NCBI RefSeq assembly: GCF_009914755.1
Contig: NC_060934.1
DNA length: 64,000 nucleotides
Source of the DNA: the human T2T-CHM13v2.0 reference genome, Homo sapiens
Direction: 5' to 3' (one strand)
Of this stretch, positions 1-14,178 are shown piece by piece. Below the pieces are notes generated by a model, which saw only the letters and a program-made list of their open reading frames with translations, was not told the DNA's origin and did not search any database. Both the position numbers and the translations under genes were made by a program. How positions within the stretch are numbered: position 1 is the first letter of the stretch; each line of letters starts with the position of its first letter.

Positions 1-1995
1 ATTAAATATCATACAATATATTTTGATGAAATAGGTATTGTGTAAATCTATAAATATTTGAATCCAAACCAAATATAATTTTTTAACTTACATTAACAAA
101 CATTTGGGCAAAAATCATATTGGTAATGAGTGTTTAAAATTAAAGCACACATTATCTCTGAGACTCTTCCAACAAAGAGAAACTAGAATGAAGTCTGAAA
201 AACAGAATCAAGTAAGACAGCATGTTATATAGTGACACTGAATGTTATTTAACTTGTAGTTACTATCAATATATTTATGCGTTAAACAGCTAGTTCTCTC
301 AAGTGTAGAGGACAAGAACTTGTGTCAGTTATCTTTTGAATCCATAAATCTTAGCTGGCATTAGTTTTCTATGTAATCACCTACCTAGAGAGAGTTGTAA
401 ATTATATGTTAACATGTTATCTGGTTGGCAGCAAACACTAAAGCCAATAAAGGAAAAACAGTAAATGTTCCGAAAGCAGAGAAAAGCAACCAAACATATT
501 GTTATGAACTAAAAGCTTTCCCTTTAAGATGCATACTTGTCTTACTGGATGAAGAAAATTGAGGGTACATGTACCTTATACTGTCAAGGTTGTTTAAACA
601 TGATAAGGTTAATCGCCATCTACTTCAAGTTTTAGAAAAGGAAACAAGAAGCTAAAAACAGCTGCTCTGACTTTAATATCTGACTATATCTTTGATCTGT
701 TTGCAGGTCATCCAAGTGTTTTCTAGGAATATATTTATTTTAGGTTGTCTGAAACTACTATTTTTTAGACTCCTGAAAGTTGTTCACATCAATGTGAAGA
801 CAAATTTTAAATGAAAATGAAGAATGAAATTATGTCTTGAATCATATATTAAGAAGTAAAAATAATAGTGATCAGGCAGAAAAGAAAAATGGAACATCTA
901 AAAATGTATGTGCTAACTATATCATCCAGTGTGCAGTGTTGTGTATTTTTCTAAGCATGACAACATTGATGTGCCTTTTCAGTGTAACAGCAAATACTGT
1001 TAGTGAACATTGTCAATTTATGTCATTTTGTTAAGAGATATGACTGGAGTGTGCAGTGTGGAATGTCTCTAATACTACTTGAGAATCCTGCAGTTCTATA
1101 ATCATAAACAAAAATTACTTAGTTTCGTTAAGCTAAGATTGTGTTTGTGTTAACTTCGACATCAAGGAGCAAAGAACTTTAGAACAGACTCCTCAATCTT
1201 GTGACTTTCTTATTCTCTAGGAAAGTAACACTTCGTTTCATGAAGCTTTTCTGTGGGGCTTCGATTATTTCAAGTCTGGTTTCTAAGTGCAGTGTGTTTG
1301 AAGCAAACGAACTTCCAACTCACTTATTTGGCATTGGGCAACTTGGCCAAGTCTGCTACTTTGGAAGATGGCTCTGGAGGAAACTCTCATATGGCTAAAA
1401 AGGCAGGCTAGTTTCTTACTTCTACAGGGGTAGAGCCTTAAAAAAGAACGTGCTACAAATTGGTTCTCTTTGAGGGTTTCTGGTTCTCCCTGCCCCCAAT
1501 ACCATATACTTTATTGCAATTTTATTTTTGCCTTTACGGCTCTGTGTCTTTCTGCAAGAAGGCCTGGCAAAGGTATGCCTGCTGTTGGTCCCTCGGGATA
1601 AGATAAAATATAAATAAAACCTTCAGAACTGTTTTGGAGCAAAAGATAGCTTGTACTTGGGGAAAAAAATTCTAAGTTCTTTTATATGACTAATATTCTT
1701 GGTTAGCAAGACTGGAAAGAGGTGTTTTTTTAAAATGTACATACCAGAACAAAGAACATACAGCTCTCTGAACATTTATTTTTTGAACAGAGGTGGTTTT
1801 TATGTTTGGACCTGGTAATACAGATACAAAAACTTTAATGAGGTAGCAATGAATATTCAACTGTTTGACTGCTAAGTGTATCTGTCCATATTTTAGCAAG
1901 TTTACTTAATAAATCTTCTGAACCATGTTTTGTGCCTGTTTGTATTCCTTTATAAACCAAATGTTGTTGGAATAAAATACATAAGGTATCATTTT
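1..1995 (+). other. SLC18A2: Probable 3' UTR of SLC18A2 (VMAT2), convergent with PDZD8
   Basis: AT-rich, non-coding, no recognisable interspersed repeat. The opening sequence (attaaatatcatacaatatattttgatgaaatagg) matches my recollection of the SLC18A2 3' UTR, and SLC18A2 is the known convergent neighbour of PDZD8. + strand polyA signals at 1-6 (ATTAAA), 1908-1913 and 1971-1976. The end coordinate is approximate. Confidence 0.7.
1908..1976 (+). terminator. Candidate distal polyadenylation signals (AATAAA x2) for the + strand transcript
   Basis: AATAAA at 1908-1913 has TGTA upstream and a GT-rich tract downstream (tgttttgtgcctgtttgt). A second AATAAA at 1971-1976 is also followed by T/GT-rich sequence. 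Confidence 0.55.
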
Positions 1996-3006
1996 GACTG
2001 TGGATATTTAATTAAAAACTATTTTTCTGTGCTTGTAGGCATCAGGTAAAAGCCACCCCAGGTTAGCTTGACCATACTTTTTTGGCTTTCCACAATTTAT
2101 TTTAAATTGAGATATGTAACTAGCCACATTCAATGTGGAAAAAACCCAGGAAGTTATCCTTCCATCTATAAACATTGTTGTCCTGATGGTTGTCAACAAA
2201 TAACCATATCTGATGAAAACAGCTGTAATATCCACCCATTTGACTTAATCCCGGGGGAGTTTGTAAAACCGTTGAAATCTGATACATTTTGAATGGTGTG
2301 CCCATGGGTATCTTCCTGCGGTGAAAGTCCACATCTTTAATCAGATCCTAAAAGCGGATCTATGGCCCAAAAGGAATTAGGGGAACCTCTCCTTCTTTTG
2401 GTAAGAAAAGCAATTATGTCAATTTAGAAGACAGTATTTTTAAAAGTAGGTATTTAAAATTTATTCACTTTTAGGGGACTTAACATTTTATTATTTATCT
2501 TATTTTTAAGAGCCAAATATTTCCAAATTGCTTTAAAAAAAATTCAGCTATACATTTAGAACTTGATAGTACCCCTCAAAATTTTTAGGTTGTGTTTTCT
2601 CCTCCCAGCATCACAAAATAGCCACTTATTTCAAGTACTTCTGATATTGAATATAAGGCTTGATATGAAGAAGTATAGCCTATTATGATTGCTAATAATG
2701 CTAAAATGTTGCTCAGTTTGTCTAAGCCATTCACTCAGCTAATACTAATGTAGAAAATATATTTTAAAGTCTAATTACTAATACATAGCCAAAGGAAACC
2801 CATAAACTTGATAATCCATAAGGAAACAATAGTAAAAAAATGTTTTGGGGCAGTCTGCAAAACAGCAATTTTGTTTAGGAAAAGTGGACTTTGTTATGCT
2901 TTTCTGCATGGCCAAATTATACCAGAAGATAATTCCATAGAGATGCAGCAATCACCTTTTTTAAAGATTTCATTAAATGAAGATATTCTTGTTTTCTGTG
3001 GTAGTC

Positions 3007-3012
3007 TTTATT
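3007..3012 (-). terminator. Candidate PDZD8 polyadenylation signal (AATAAA on minus strand)
   Basis: tttatt at 3007-3012, with several TACA (UGUA on the mRNA, CFIm motif) in 3030-3080, upstream in transcript orientation. Confidence 0.5.
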
Positions 3013-3583
3013 ATTATTTTTTAGCTATTGATACATAGCATGGCAGCAAGATTACATCAGTAATGTAATATAATACAGCTTTTTTCATTGAAGCTTTGTA
3101 CCTTACTATACTCTAGGCTATTTGGAGTGTTCCCCCACTTGCACTAAAGTACAACTATGATGTCTCTACTGCCTCTCCCAGTGAAATATAAAAATATTGC
3201 ACTACATTACAGATATAGTTTACAAATGTCATTAGCAGCATTACTGAGCTTTCTATAATTGTGGTCTACAGAGTTAAATACTTTTAAAACATGAGTAGAT
3301 TCTTATAAAACCAAAGTTTTGCATTATTTCAACAGCTCTTTCAAATGCATCAGTTTCAGCAACATGCTTGGGTATCATGAAAACTTCCATGGTTTAATCA
3401 ATAAACACCAGCTACTTACAAGTAGTCCACCTTCCAGGTTATCAATGGTAAGTTATTTTTTATAAAGTGGTTACACACTGAGCAGATTGCCTCAAGTGTA
3501 AGTTATGGAACAATACTTTAGCTTTCAGGGAATTTGGTGTGTAAATTCTTCTATAGCAGTGTTCTTTTAAAATAAGATCACGT

Positions 3584-3875
<292 letters not shown>

Positions 3876-5751
3876 GACATCACGCTTAAATAAGTAATGA
3901 AGTATACTGAGATGTTTTTGTTATAAACTTGGCTAAGAAAGGTATTTAGTACCTGAAATTTTCGCTTACTAAAGTAACAAAAGGCATGAGACTTGGCTAT
4001 TGATTTTTAAAGTGGAATAACTTTTCTCCCCTCAAAAATGTCTTTCTTACTCATATAAATAATGCCTTTTACTTGTATATCTTTTTACTGTTCAAAGCAC
4101 TTTTGCAGTTATGCTATTGTTTCCCTCACAACAATACTGTGAGGGAGGTAAAGTATTATTATTCCCATTTTAGAGATGGGTCCTTTTGTAACTGCCTATG
4201 CTTACACAGTTCATTAATGGAAGGGCTTGAACTTAAACTCTTTTATGGAGTCCTGGAGTCTAGACCTGGGCCCCAGTCCTTAATATTACACCATGCTTTT
4301 TCCTGCCAGCAATAAAAGCTGCTCCATCTAGTTTTAAACTCATGTCAGTTTCACTATATAGCAATCATCATAGCAGTTACCTACAAAGGGACAAACATAT
4401 ACTTGTCTATTTTATAGGTATATAACAGACCGAAACCATTAAGGTACCCCAACAACAGTCGAGCTTACTTGTTTTCCCTCAGTCAAATGTTACTGGGACC
4501 CGTAAAATGGACCCAGTGTGAGTATATCTTCATTTTCAGAGAACTGGTCCCAATTCCTATGTATGAATACTATTTTTGTCATTCTTTTCTTAATGAATAC
4601 TCACTACAGAAGTATTCAGAATGATCACCATTCCTTTACAACTGTAAGACGCCAAAGCAAAAAGTATATTTTGCATGATTCCTTTCCTTCACAGAATACT
4701 CCTACATGAAAATGTTTTTTCTAAAACAAAACCAGCCCAAACTAGTTATCAACACAGTCATTTTAAAAAGAGTCCTCCAAAACTTTAAATACCCTTTCAC
4801 ATGCTTTATTTCCTATGGGAGAACTGATGAGGAAAATTATCATAAATGTTTAAACTTTTAATCATAAAATTTAAATTTCCATTTAAAAGGAAAGCATCAA
4901 TATTTTAAAAGATTATATTTCAAAATGCTATGTTACTGTTTTTCAGTAATTAAGTCTTGTTATCCTCTCTACAAAATTCTTGACCAACTGCAATCTACAT
5001 TTATTTCCTATTACATTGTCTTTCAATGTAAGCTCTTCAAATTAATCACCATATTTTTACCATACAGCTGCACAAAAGCTTTAGAAAAAAATTTCACAGA
5101 AGCATCGAAAGCAAGCAATATATGTAAAAAATTTTTTTTTACTAAATCAGCATAACAGACTAAAGCTGCAGCATCTGCTTTCATGTTACATTTGGCAAAA
5201 ACAAAACAAAAAGCACCCCCAAACCCCCAAAATAACAAAAATCTCAAGCAAGTAGAGACGATAAACTTCATAACACAAAAGAAAGATTCAAAACCTGTTC
5301 CCTCAGTGATTGCTGTTGTCAGTTTGGGCATGCAGCAAATTTGTTATAACCATGATGGAAATGAAAATATTTTAAGAATCCAGACAGTATTCTATTTAAC
5401 ACTAATTCAAAAACCAAGAGGAAGAAAAATAACACAAGGGGACACCATACATACATAAACATGAAAAGCTAGCTTACATAATTACATAATTAGAAAAGTT
5501 AAATAATTTAGTAAAAATAAATTCCCAGTATAAACCCAAAAAAGCATAGCTATAAATGCAATCCAAAACAACCAATTAGTAAGCTGGTCATGTTTTTACT
5601 GGAAAACAACCTTTCTCATTTTTGTTCTTACACAAGCAAGTAACTGGAGAAGCAGGCCAGAGTGCATACGAGGATTTAAACATGGTTGTATCTGTGGTAC
5701 TTTAGATGCAACTTTACCCTGTTCATTTGAAAGTTTAAATAGACCTGTCTG

Positions 5752-7955
5752 CTACACAGACTCGGATGGGCCAAATAAGTCATCTGATATGCTGCTGAAT
5801 GGCTGAGAGTCTATTAGTTGGCTTATTTCATTATCAAGGTCTTCTTCTGTATCATCTGTGTACTTGCTTATTTTTTTGGAGTGCTGGTCTAAAGACAGAC
5901 TTTCTAAAGTTTCTATATCTTCAATGCCTGCTCTGTAGTGAATCATAAGAAGTGTTAGAGCTTGTAGCCTTTCACCTGATTTAGCTAAGGCAGCAGAAAG
6001 AAGTGATTTTTTCCTTGTATCAGTTGTCTCTTTTTCTTCTCTAACAAGGGAATTATTGTGTTCCAACTCCTGATCAATTTCATTCTGTAGCTTATCCAAC
6101 ATGAACTCTAGTTTCTGGATCCTTTCCTCTGTAGGCAAGCCCCTGTACAGATCACGACCAATTTCTTTAACTGCAATGAAAACACTGTCATCCAGACCAC
6201 CCTCTTTTCTCACTAACTTTATTCCTGTGCTGTTTCCCCGTTTAGAAGGACTGTTTGGACCACAGACCTCCGTGTCACTGCCTTCGTTGTCTGACGTGTT
6301 GGGTGTGTGTTTTGGTGAAGGTTCTACGAGATCGGTTCCTGGTTCAGAAAGGCGAGTTTTAGAGACTTGACGCAAATTTAATAAACGAGAACTAGTATTG
6401 ATAATATGCCTTGTCAAACCTGTTGTTTTATTGACTGACTTGCTAGCTTCAGCATCAACACGAGGAGGCAGGCCTAAGAGGGTTTCCTGTCCTTCCAGCC
6501 TAAGGTTTTTCAGTGTCCTGTCTATTCGCCTATCAGTTGCTCCACAAACAGAAGTCTCAGCTAGACACTTTTCTTGACATTTTTTATGGCAAACATAAGC
6601 ACAAAACATACACTGGGAAGCTGCTTTAGTCCAAACTTTTTTCTTACAGTAGTCACACCATGTTGGGTTCTGGAACTGAGTATCCTGAAAACTGTGTTTG
6701 TTTTCTGTTAAACCCATCTGTCCAACAAATTGCTCCTCTTTAGGGAGAACAGAAACTTCTTCAACCAAATGGGGTTCTTTTTCTTTTTCTACGTTAGTAA
6801 CTACATGGTGGTCTGATTCTCCTTCTTTCAAATATTTGAAGTGAATAGTAATGTCACCATAGCAAAATTTGTCATTGAATCCCTTTTGCATACTCAGATT
6901 GCGTAGTGCGGTTCTAGTGACTATAGCCTTAGGTGAGGGGGCTTCCAGTCTCAATTTGGAAAGGTATTCCGTGTTTGATGTAGCTAGGCATCCTAAAGCC
7001 ACATCTTCAAGTTTTAAACTAACATGCCCCAAACAGATGAGACCTCCCAACTTGAAAGGATCCCTGCACCACAATGCAATGTTTAAGTACCTGTGACAGG
7101 CTTCTATGTCAAACAAACAGGATGCTCTGGTTCTTGTCCATTTTCCTAGCTTATTACGATAAAGAATTTCTGATGATTCCCATGTTTGACGGTCGTCCGA
7201 ACTGTCCTTAGTAGGGCAGGAAGTTTCTGAAGTGACATCTTTGGCCACTTCTTGCTTTGCTAAAAATTGCTTAGGTGCAGCTGCATCGTCTATGGCATCC
7301 ACATTTTTTGCTTGCTTTTCAGCAGATTTATCTACAAGAGGAGGTGGCACCACCTTCTCTGGCTTTTCAACGAGAACATCTGGTTCTGCCTGATTTGGAG
7401 CATCGGCGGAAGGCAAAGGAACTTTCGCTTGTGGTCGTGGTGGCACAGGTGGTTTGAAAGCAGATCCTTGGGTTGGTTTTGACACTTGTGCTGGGTCTGT
7501 TATCTCAGAAGTTTTTAGGGGTGGAGGTTTATTTCCATCTTTGGACTGAATTTTCGGTGGTAGTGGGTGACTTCCTACAGCTAATTTACGGTTTAAAACT
7601 GGTGATATAGCTCCAAGGGGTTTAATAGAAAGTGTTGTTGGAACACGTTTGGGACTATGACTTAATGATTGTGCCTCATCTTTGAACTCATTTTGTGCTC
7701 TGACATCACTTGCCAAGTCTTCAAATTCAGAATCCAGCTCTCTACTTTCAGTATCTACTGTCAACCCGGCAGCTTCCTCTTCATAACCCGATTGGCATGA
7801 GCTTGACAAAAAGTTTTCTTCCAACTGGCCAAAGTTATCTTGCAGCACTGCACCTTGATTACTCTGGCCAACAGGCCTTTCATAGTACACCAGGACTCGG
7901 TCACCAGCCTGCTTGATAAGCTTCAACACTTGCAGTGTTGATGTGATTTTCACAC
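5752..7955 (-). CDS. PDZD8: PDZD8 terminal coding exon (exon 5): end of PDZ, Pro-rich linker, C-terminal C2 half, C1 zinc finger, coiled coil, C-terminus GPSESV
   Basis: 733-aa open frame. Acceptor ...TTAAACCAG|GT at 7956/7955, and phase 1 joins exon 4 (IAIG-G-VKITS). C1 motif HSFQDTQFQNPTWCDYC...CMFCAYVCHKKCQEKC at 6565-6696. Heptad-rich IQKLEFMLDKLQNEIDQELE segment. Confidence 0.97.
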
Positions 7956-10900
7956 CTGGTTTAAGATTTTAAAAGGGAAAACATGTAAATTATTGCAATA
8001 GAAATTACTACATTTGTTAAATGTATTTAATTAAATATATATAATTGCCATTACCTCTGGTTATTTAACTAATAGAAGAATAATAGGAAAATCTCAACAA
8101 TATTTTATTTGGCTTTTGGATGAATCAGTGTGCTAATTCTCAAACCCTGAATGTGCTGATATCCTGGAGATGTTTACCTTTTCAAACCAGATGATGACAC
8201 AGGATCCCAAAAAGAGTGCCAGGATGCTAACTCCTAATTGCTTTCTATCTCTTCTTAGGTTAGATGACATCTCTCAGTTTGAACTGAAGAAGTGAACAGA
8301 GAGAGATCTATTTAAAGGATTCTATTAATGGCTAAATCAGACTTAGAGTGAGGGAAAGCTGTGATTCCACTGAAGGAAATTCTAAAATACTCCAGGGATT
8401 ACAAGACATATGATGAAAGATTCAAATTAAGAGAGCAGTGCTTGAAAATAATGTAGCAAAATACTATACTATGAATAACGTACTTTTACAGATTCTTTTT
8501 ATCAACCGTACCCATCACATTCATCTTTTTCAAAACCAGAAAGAACAAGTAAGGGATAAACTGCTTTAAAGTTAAACAAGCTGGTTACTATCTGCATCTG
8601 TAATATCTACGTTGTTTTTATTTTTCTTATTTTTTAATTGTTACACGTAGTTTAAAATTTGAAAGGTATAAAGGTATAAAAAGATGTACAGTAAAAAATA
8701 TTCTTTCCACCTCTGTCTCCCAGCCATACTGTCCCTTCCCTGACCTTAGTAGCTTCTAGTGTATGCTTCTATAGATATTCTAGGTGTGTTAGCACTTAAA
8801 GGTGCTACTTGTTTCCTGTCACTCTTCCCACACTCTCTAAAACAGCACTTGCCCAAGCTATCCCTTTATGTAGAACTTAGAGAAAGAATGAGAAGGCTCT
8901 TTGTTTTCCAAAGATCTTAGGGCCATCCTAAATAAATCTAAGTAACACCACCCCTTTCTCATAACTTGACTTCAGGTTTCCTCAACCTGTGTCCTCTCTT
9001 ACTTCAGCTGTCTGGGAAGATCAGGCTTTAGACTCGGTCATCACTTGGAACTTGTCCACATCAAAGATCTTTCATTTTCAATTAGTCTCTGATCACAAGC
9101 TCCTATTTTTCACCTCTTACAATCCTGTCTGCTCACTACTTTTAGGCAACTTCCCGGCCCAATCATTCCTCTTTTCTTCTCATGGTCCTGTTGGTCTCCT
9201 GATACCACTTGCTCTTCTATCCAACCCTGTGTCTCAAGATTACAACGATGTTCTTACCAATATTTTATTTTCTCGTCCTCATGTTTTTTGATCCCCAGCT
9301 TTACTAGCCCCACTATTGCCCTTTCCTGCTCTTGAGCTTGCCGCTTGGATCTAGCATCAAGTTAGCCATCCATCTTTGGCAAGGTGTTCAGGGCTGCTTA
9401 GCATTCTTTTGATCAGTCTGTAAACAACTAAGTCTCTCAAACATCAGCTGTAAATCTTTCCTGTTTCCCTAAAGTCTACTCTCCCTACTCTCTTTTACTC
9501 TGTGCATGCTATCACCTTATTTGCCAAAAAGATCAATATGAAGCTACCTTTTCTCCCTACCATCATTTTTAGTATTATCTTACTTCAGAGGAGAAAATAT
9601 CCCTCTATCTGTATACTTACTTTGGATCCAATCCTCCTGTCTCCTTCCTGACTTTGCTCTATCAATTATCCTTAAACTTTTTCTTCCTTTTCTTTAAAAT
9701 TTTTCTTTTTCTTAGTTTCCACAACAATTTACACAATTGGTTCTGATCACCTCTCCTCTAGCTTCTTTTTCTCCACCTATACCACCTGCACCTTATATGC
9801 AACTGTTACCAAAGTTTGCCACTAGTTCTCTCACCCTTTTTTGCTCTCTCCCTGGTAAATTACAGCCACTCCAGTAGTCTCAAAAACTATCAACTTTTTC
9901 TTTGGTTTCCCTTCTTCTTCACTTTAGTTCTACATTCCCAACTACTGGACATCACCACCTGGATGTTCCTTTGGGACTAAATATTCAGCAGAGCTAAAAC
10001 CTTTCTTTGACTGTCTCTCTGTCCTCACTACTATCAATCAACTTGCCACTCCCAGTTAACTCAATTTGAATCCTAGGGATATTTGACTCCCTAGAAACAT
10101 TCAGCTGTCAACTCAAACTTGTGATTTCAGCCCATTTTCCTTCCCTGTTCAGATCCTCCTGATAACTGGCCTTCACTTTAGTAATAAACAGCTTTTAACT
10201 GCAATCTCTCACTCAGACCTTCCCTACTTTAAACACCAAACATATTGCTACGAAATTTTCCTAAAGCATTTGCCCCTTTAGCCTACAAACTTATCACATG
10301 GAAATTCAGAGCTTTCTAATATGGTGCTTCATTATTTATCTAGCTTTAAGTTCTACTACGTCCTTCTAACCATACTATGTCTCAGCAAAATTATAGTTTG
10401 ACATATGCATAAATGAAAAATTAGTCCATCTAATGATCTACAGTAGGCAAAAACTTCAACTCAATCTGAACTCATTTTTTATGACTAAAAATCTGCCCTC
10501 GTCTCATCTATTCCTCAGTCATCAGGTGTTTTGTGGAGATGGCCATTGCAACTCTCTCTCAGGAATACACCATTCAAGTCTGGATTTTTCTTTTGGAATA
10601 TTTCAAACACACTCAAAAGCTGAGGAAACAGTAAAATGAATTCCATTTTGAGCTTCAAATATAATATTTTGCCAATCTTATTTCAACTATCATCAATTAT
10701 ATACCCATATAAATGAATCAAAGCGATATAAAAATGTTTTGAAAAATATCTGTTGACATGGGGAAAGTTTACAACATGCTAAAAGAAATAAAGACTATTA
10801 CAAAAATGCATAGTTTAGAAATTTTTGTTTCCTAAACAAAAATTGGGAAAGGCATTATTTATGTACAGAAAAAAACAAACAAACAAAAAAACAAAAAAAG

Positions 10901-10958
10901 AGACATACAAAAGCTTTTCTGTTATGTTCCAAGGTTTTTCTTTTTTTTAAAACAATGA

Positions 10959-11290
<332 letters not shown>

Positions 11291-11574
11291 TGTTGTTATT
11301 GTAATTAACAAATGTTAGATGTCAAGGGATGACTTTTGCTTTTTCACTCTGTATACATTTATATCGCTTAGGTTAATTAATTTATTTTTGATAATAGGTA
11401 TTTACTACTTGTGTAATTGAAACACAACCCCCAAAAAAGACCGAAAAAATTAATTTTATCCTGTAGCTAAAACCAAAATATTAAATGATATTAATATAAT
11501 GAATGATGTCTATTTTATGCCTCCCTAAGTGTTTATGCATAAGCATCATCATTTGGGAGGAGTCTGTGAGAAAT

Positions 11575-11675
11575 GAAGAATCTTGGGCCTCACTACAGGT
11601 CTCCTGATTCAGAATGCACATTTTAACATCAGGTCTGGGTGACTGGCATACATGGGAAAGTCTGAGAAGCACTGC
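11575..11675. mobile_element. MER5-family hAT-Charlie DNA transposon fragment
   Basis: ctgattcagaa...ttttaac...aaagtctgagaagcactg resembles the MER5 terminus. Confidence 0.55.
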
Positions 11676-12668
11676 TTATGCCATGATCAGAGATTCCCAT
11701 GTGAAAATATTGACTTAATTGGGCTCCCAGATATGCAACTAAATAATTTTCATTATTTTATTGTCAAGGTGGATTTGAATCAAAGGCAGAGTTTCTTTGA
11801 CATGTAACCAAGGACAACTGCACCTTGATTTGGGAACTGTTCTAACTTATTTATTGTCTAAGCTGTGAAAGAAAATATCACATTGCCCTTTTCAGATCAA
11901 CTGTGACCAACCATATGTTCAAGAAATCTCTCAACAAGCCTAGAATAGATGGGACAGGTACTACAAAGGTTGAAAAGGCTTGGACTTTCCCCTCACTGCT
12001 GTGCACAGTGAGTCCTACTGCTTAGACATTTATATACAAGCAAATAACCTGCTATCTTCAGAGAGTTTTTACCGTTAACAATCCAAGTGATAGGAAGGCA
12101 TGTAAGTGACACATTTTTCCACCAGTGATTTGGGCTGAATTCTGAGCAACAACATACTAACAAATGGCTGGCCATTTAGATGACACAGGATCACAGGACA
12201 GTTCAGATGTGCCCTCCTGGAAAAGGAATGTTGGTTCTTCTGCTCATCATCTAGTGCTAAGTGATGGGGGCAGTAGTGCTAATACTACCAATTTTAGGTT
12301 CAGAGTAGCAATGGTGGTAGTCGTACAGAAAGATAACCTGTTTATTTGCCCTTACTTTCACATTCAAGAAAAAATAAATAGAGTAGTAGAAGGTGGGAAG
12401 GGAAGGATTAGAGTGGTTATATAAAAGTGGTCTAAACAAAGTATTTTAAAGATTTATACACTAGAACTAAAATGGCACGTATGTTTTAAATGTATTTTGA
12501 AGGCCTCCTTTGAATTTTTATTTATAATAAAGTTTATTACTTTATTTCCATTATAAAAGTGACATATGCATATTATAGAAATAAGGAAAAAGGAAGAAAG
12601 GAAAAACCTCACACCTACTTTGTAGTTTATCTGTAAAGGTAAAGTATAATGCATATTAGCATAATTAC

Positions 12669-12831
12669 CTCCAATGGCGATAAGTCGATCTCCCCGCTGA
12701 AGATCTGCAATTGCAGCAGGCGAGTTTGGAGCCACAGTTTCAATGATGACGTGCCCAGCATACCCATCAGTTGACTGGACAAGACGAAGTGTAAGTCCAA
12801 CACTTTGTAAATTTCCTTTTATTAATTCAAC
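12669..12831 (-). CDS. PDZD8: PDZD8 exon 4 (163 nt), most of the PDZ domain
   Basis: Translates VELIKGNLQSVGLTLRLVQSTDGYAGHVIIETVAPNSPAAIADLQRGDRLIAIG (PDZ signature SPAxxAxLxxGD). Acceptor TTTCCCCTTTATCAAAG|G, donor GAG|GTAATT; phase 0 to 1. Confidence 0.96.
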
Positions 12832-13263
12832 CTTTGATAAAGGGGAAAAAAATGAAAACTGATTCAATGGATTCCTAGTAATAGAGGAAAAAAACAGTAA
12901 CAGACTGTTATGTGCAGAGAGCACCATGGCTGATGCTGACTTTTCTATCATGGCAAATAAAGGAAGGAGAAAATCTTTACTGTAACAATATAAATTAACT
13001 ATCCTTAGGCTACACATTTAAATCATCAAAAAAATTAAACACTTTATCTTCAATGTGTTTTATTATTACTCCTTGCTCCATGCTCATTGTAGAAAATTGG
13101 GAAATAAACAGAAAGGCAAAATAAAAAGAAAACCATTCCTAATTATACAATCTAGAACTATTCTATATATTTTCTAATATATATTTAACACAAAATTGAG
13201 ATTTGTCTCAATAATACTGAGACATAGTAGTCAATACAATTATAATCATGAATATAATTCTGA

Positions 13264-13656
<393 letters not shown>

Positions 13657-13732
13657 AGTGTATTCTTCAAGTTTCTTTTTTGGGAATAGGCAAAGGAAAA
13701 GAGTTTACATTTATACTTTATTAAGAGTTATC

Positions 13733-14028
<296 letters not shown>

Positions 14029-14050
14029 TTATCATGTGGTGGGGATGATG

Positions 14051-14178
14051 GGGATGGTGGTGCACACCTGTAATCGCAGCTACTAAGGAGGGCTGAGGTG
14101 GGAGGACCATTTGAGCCCAGGAGTTCAAGACCAACCTGGGCAACATGGTGAGACCCCATCTTTATTTAAAAAAAAAAA
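14051..14178 (+). mobile_element. Alu monomer (FLAM/FAM-like)
   Basis: Single-arm Alu ending gagaccccatct plus A tail. Confidence 0.8.

Noticed and set aside
6101-7916. + strand ORFs overlapping exon 5
   Set aside because: Short antisense shadows of the real CDS with no independent support.
5752-7953. 733-aa ORF as a standalone intronless gene or retrocopy
   Set aside because: It starts at GTG just after a splice acceptor and joins exon 4 in frame; it is the PDZD8 terminal exon.
12454-13017. 187-aa ORF around exon 4
   Set aside because: Only 12669-12831 is PDZ-like and bounded by splice sites; the flanks are chance open intron.
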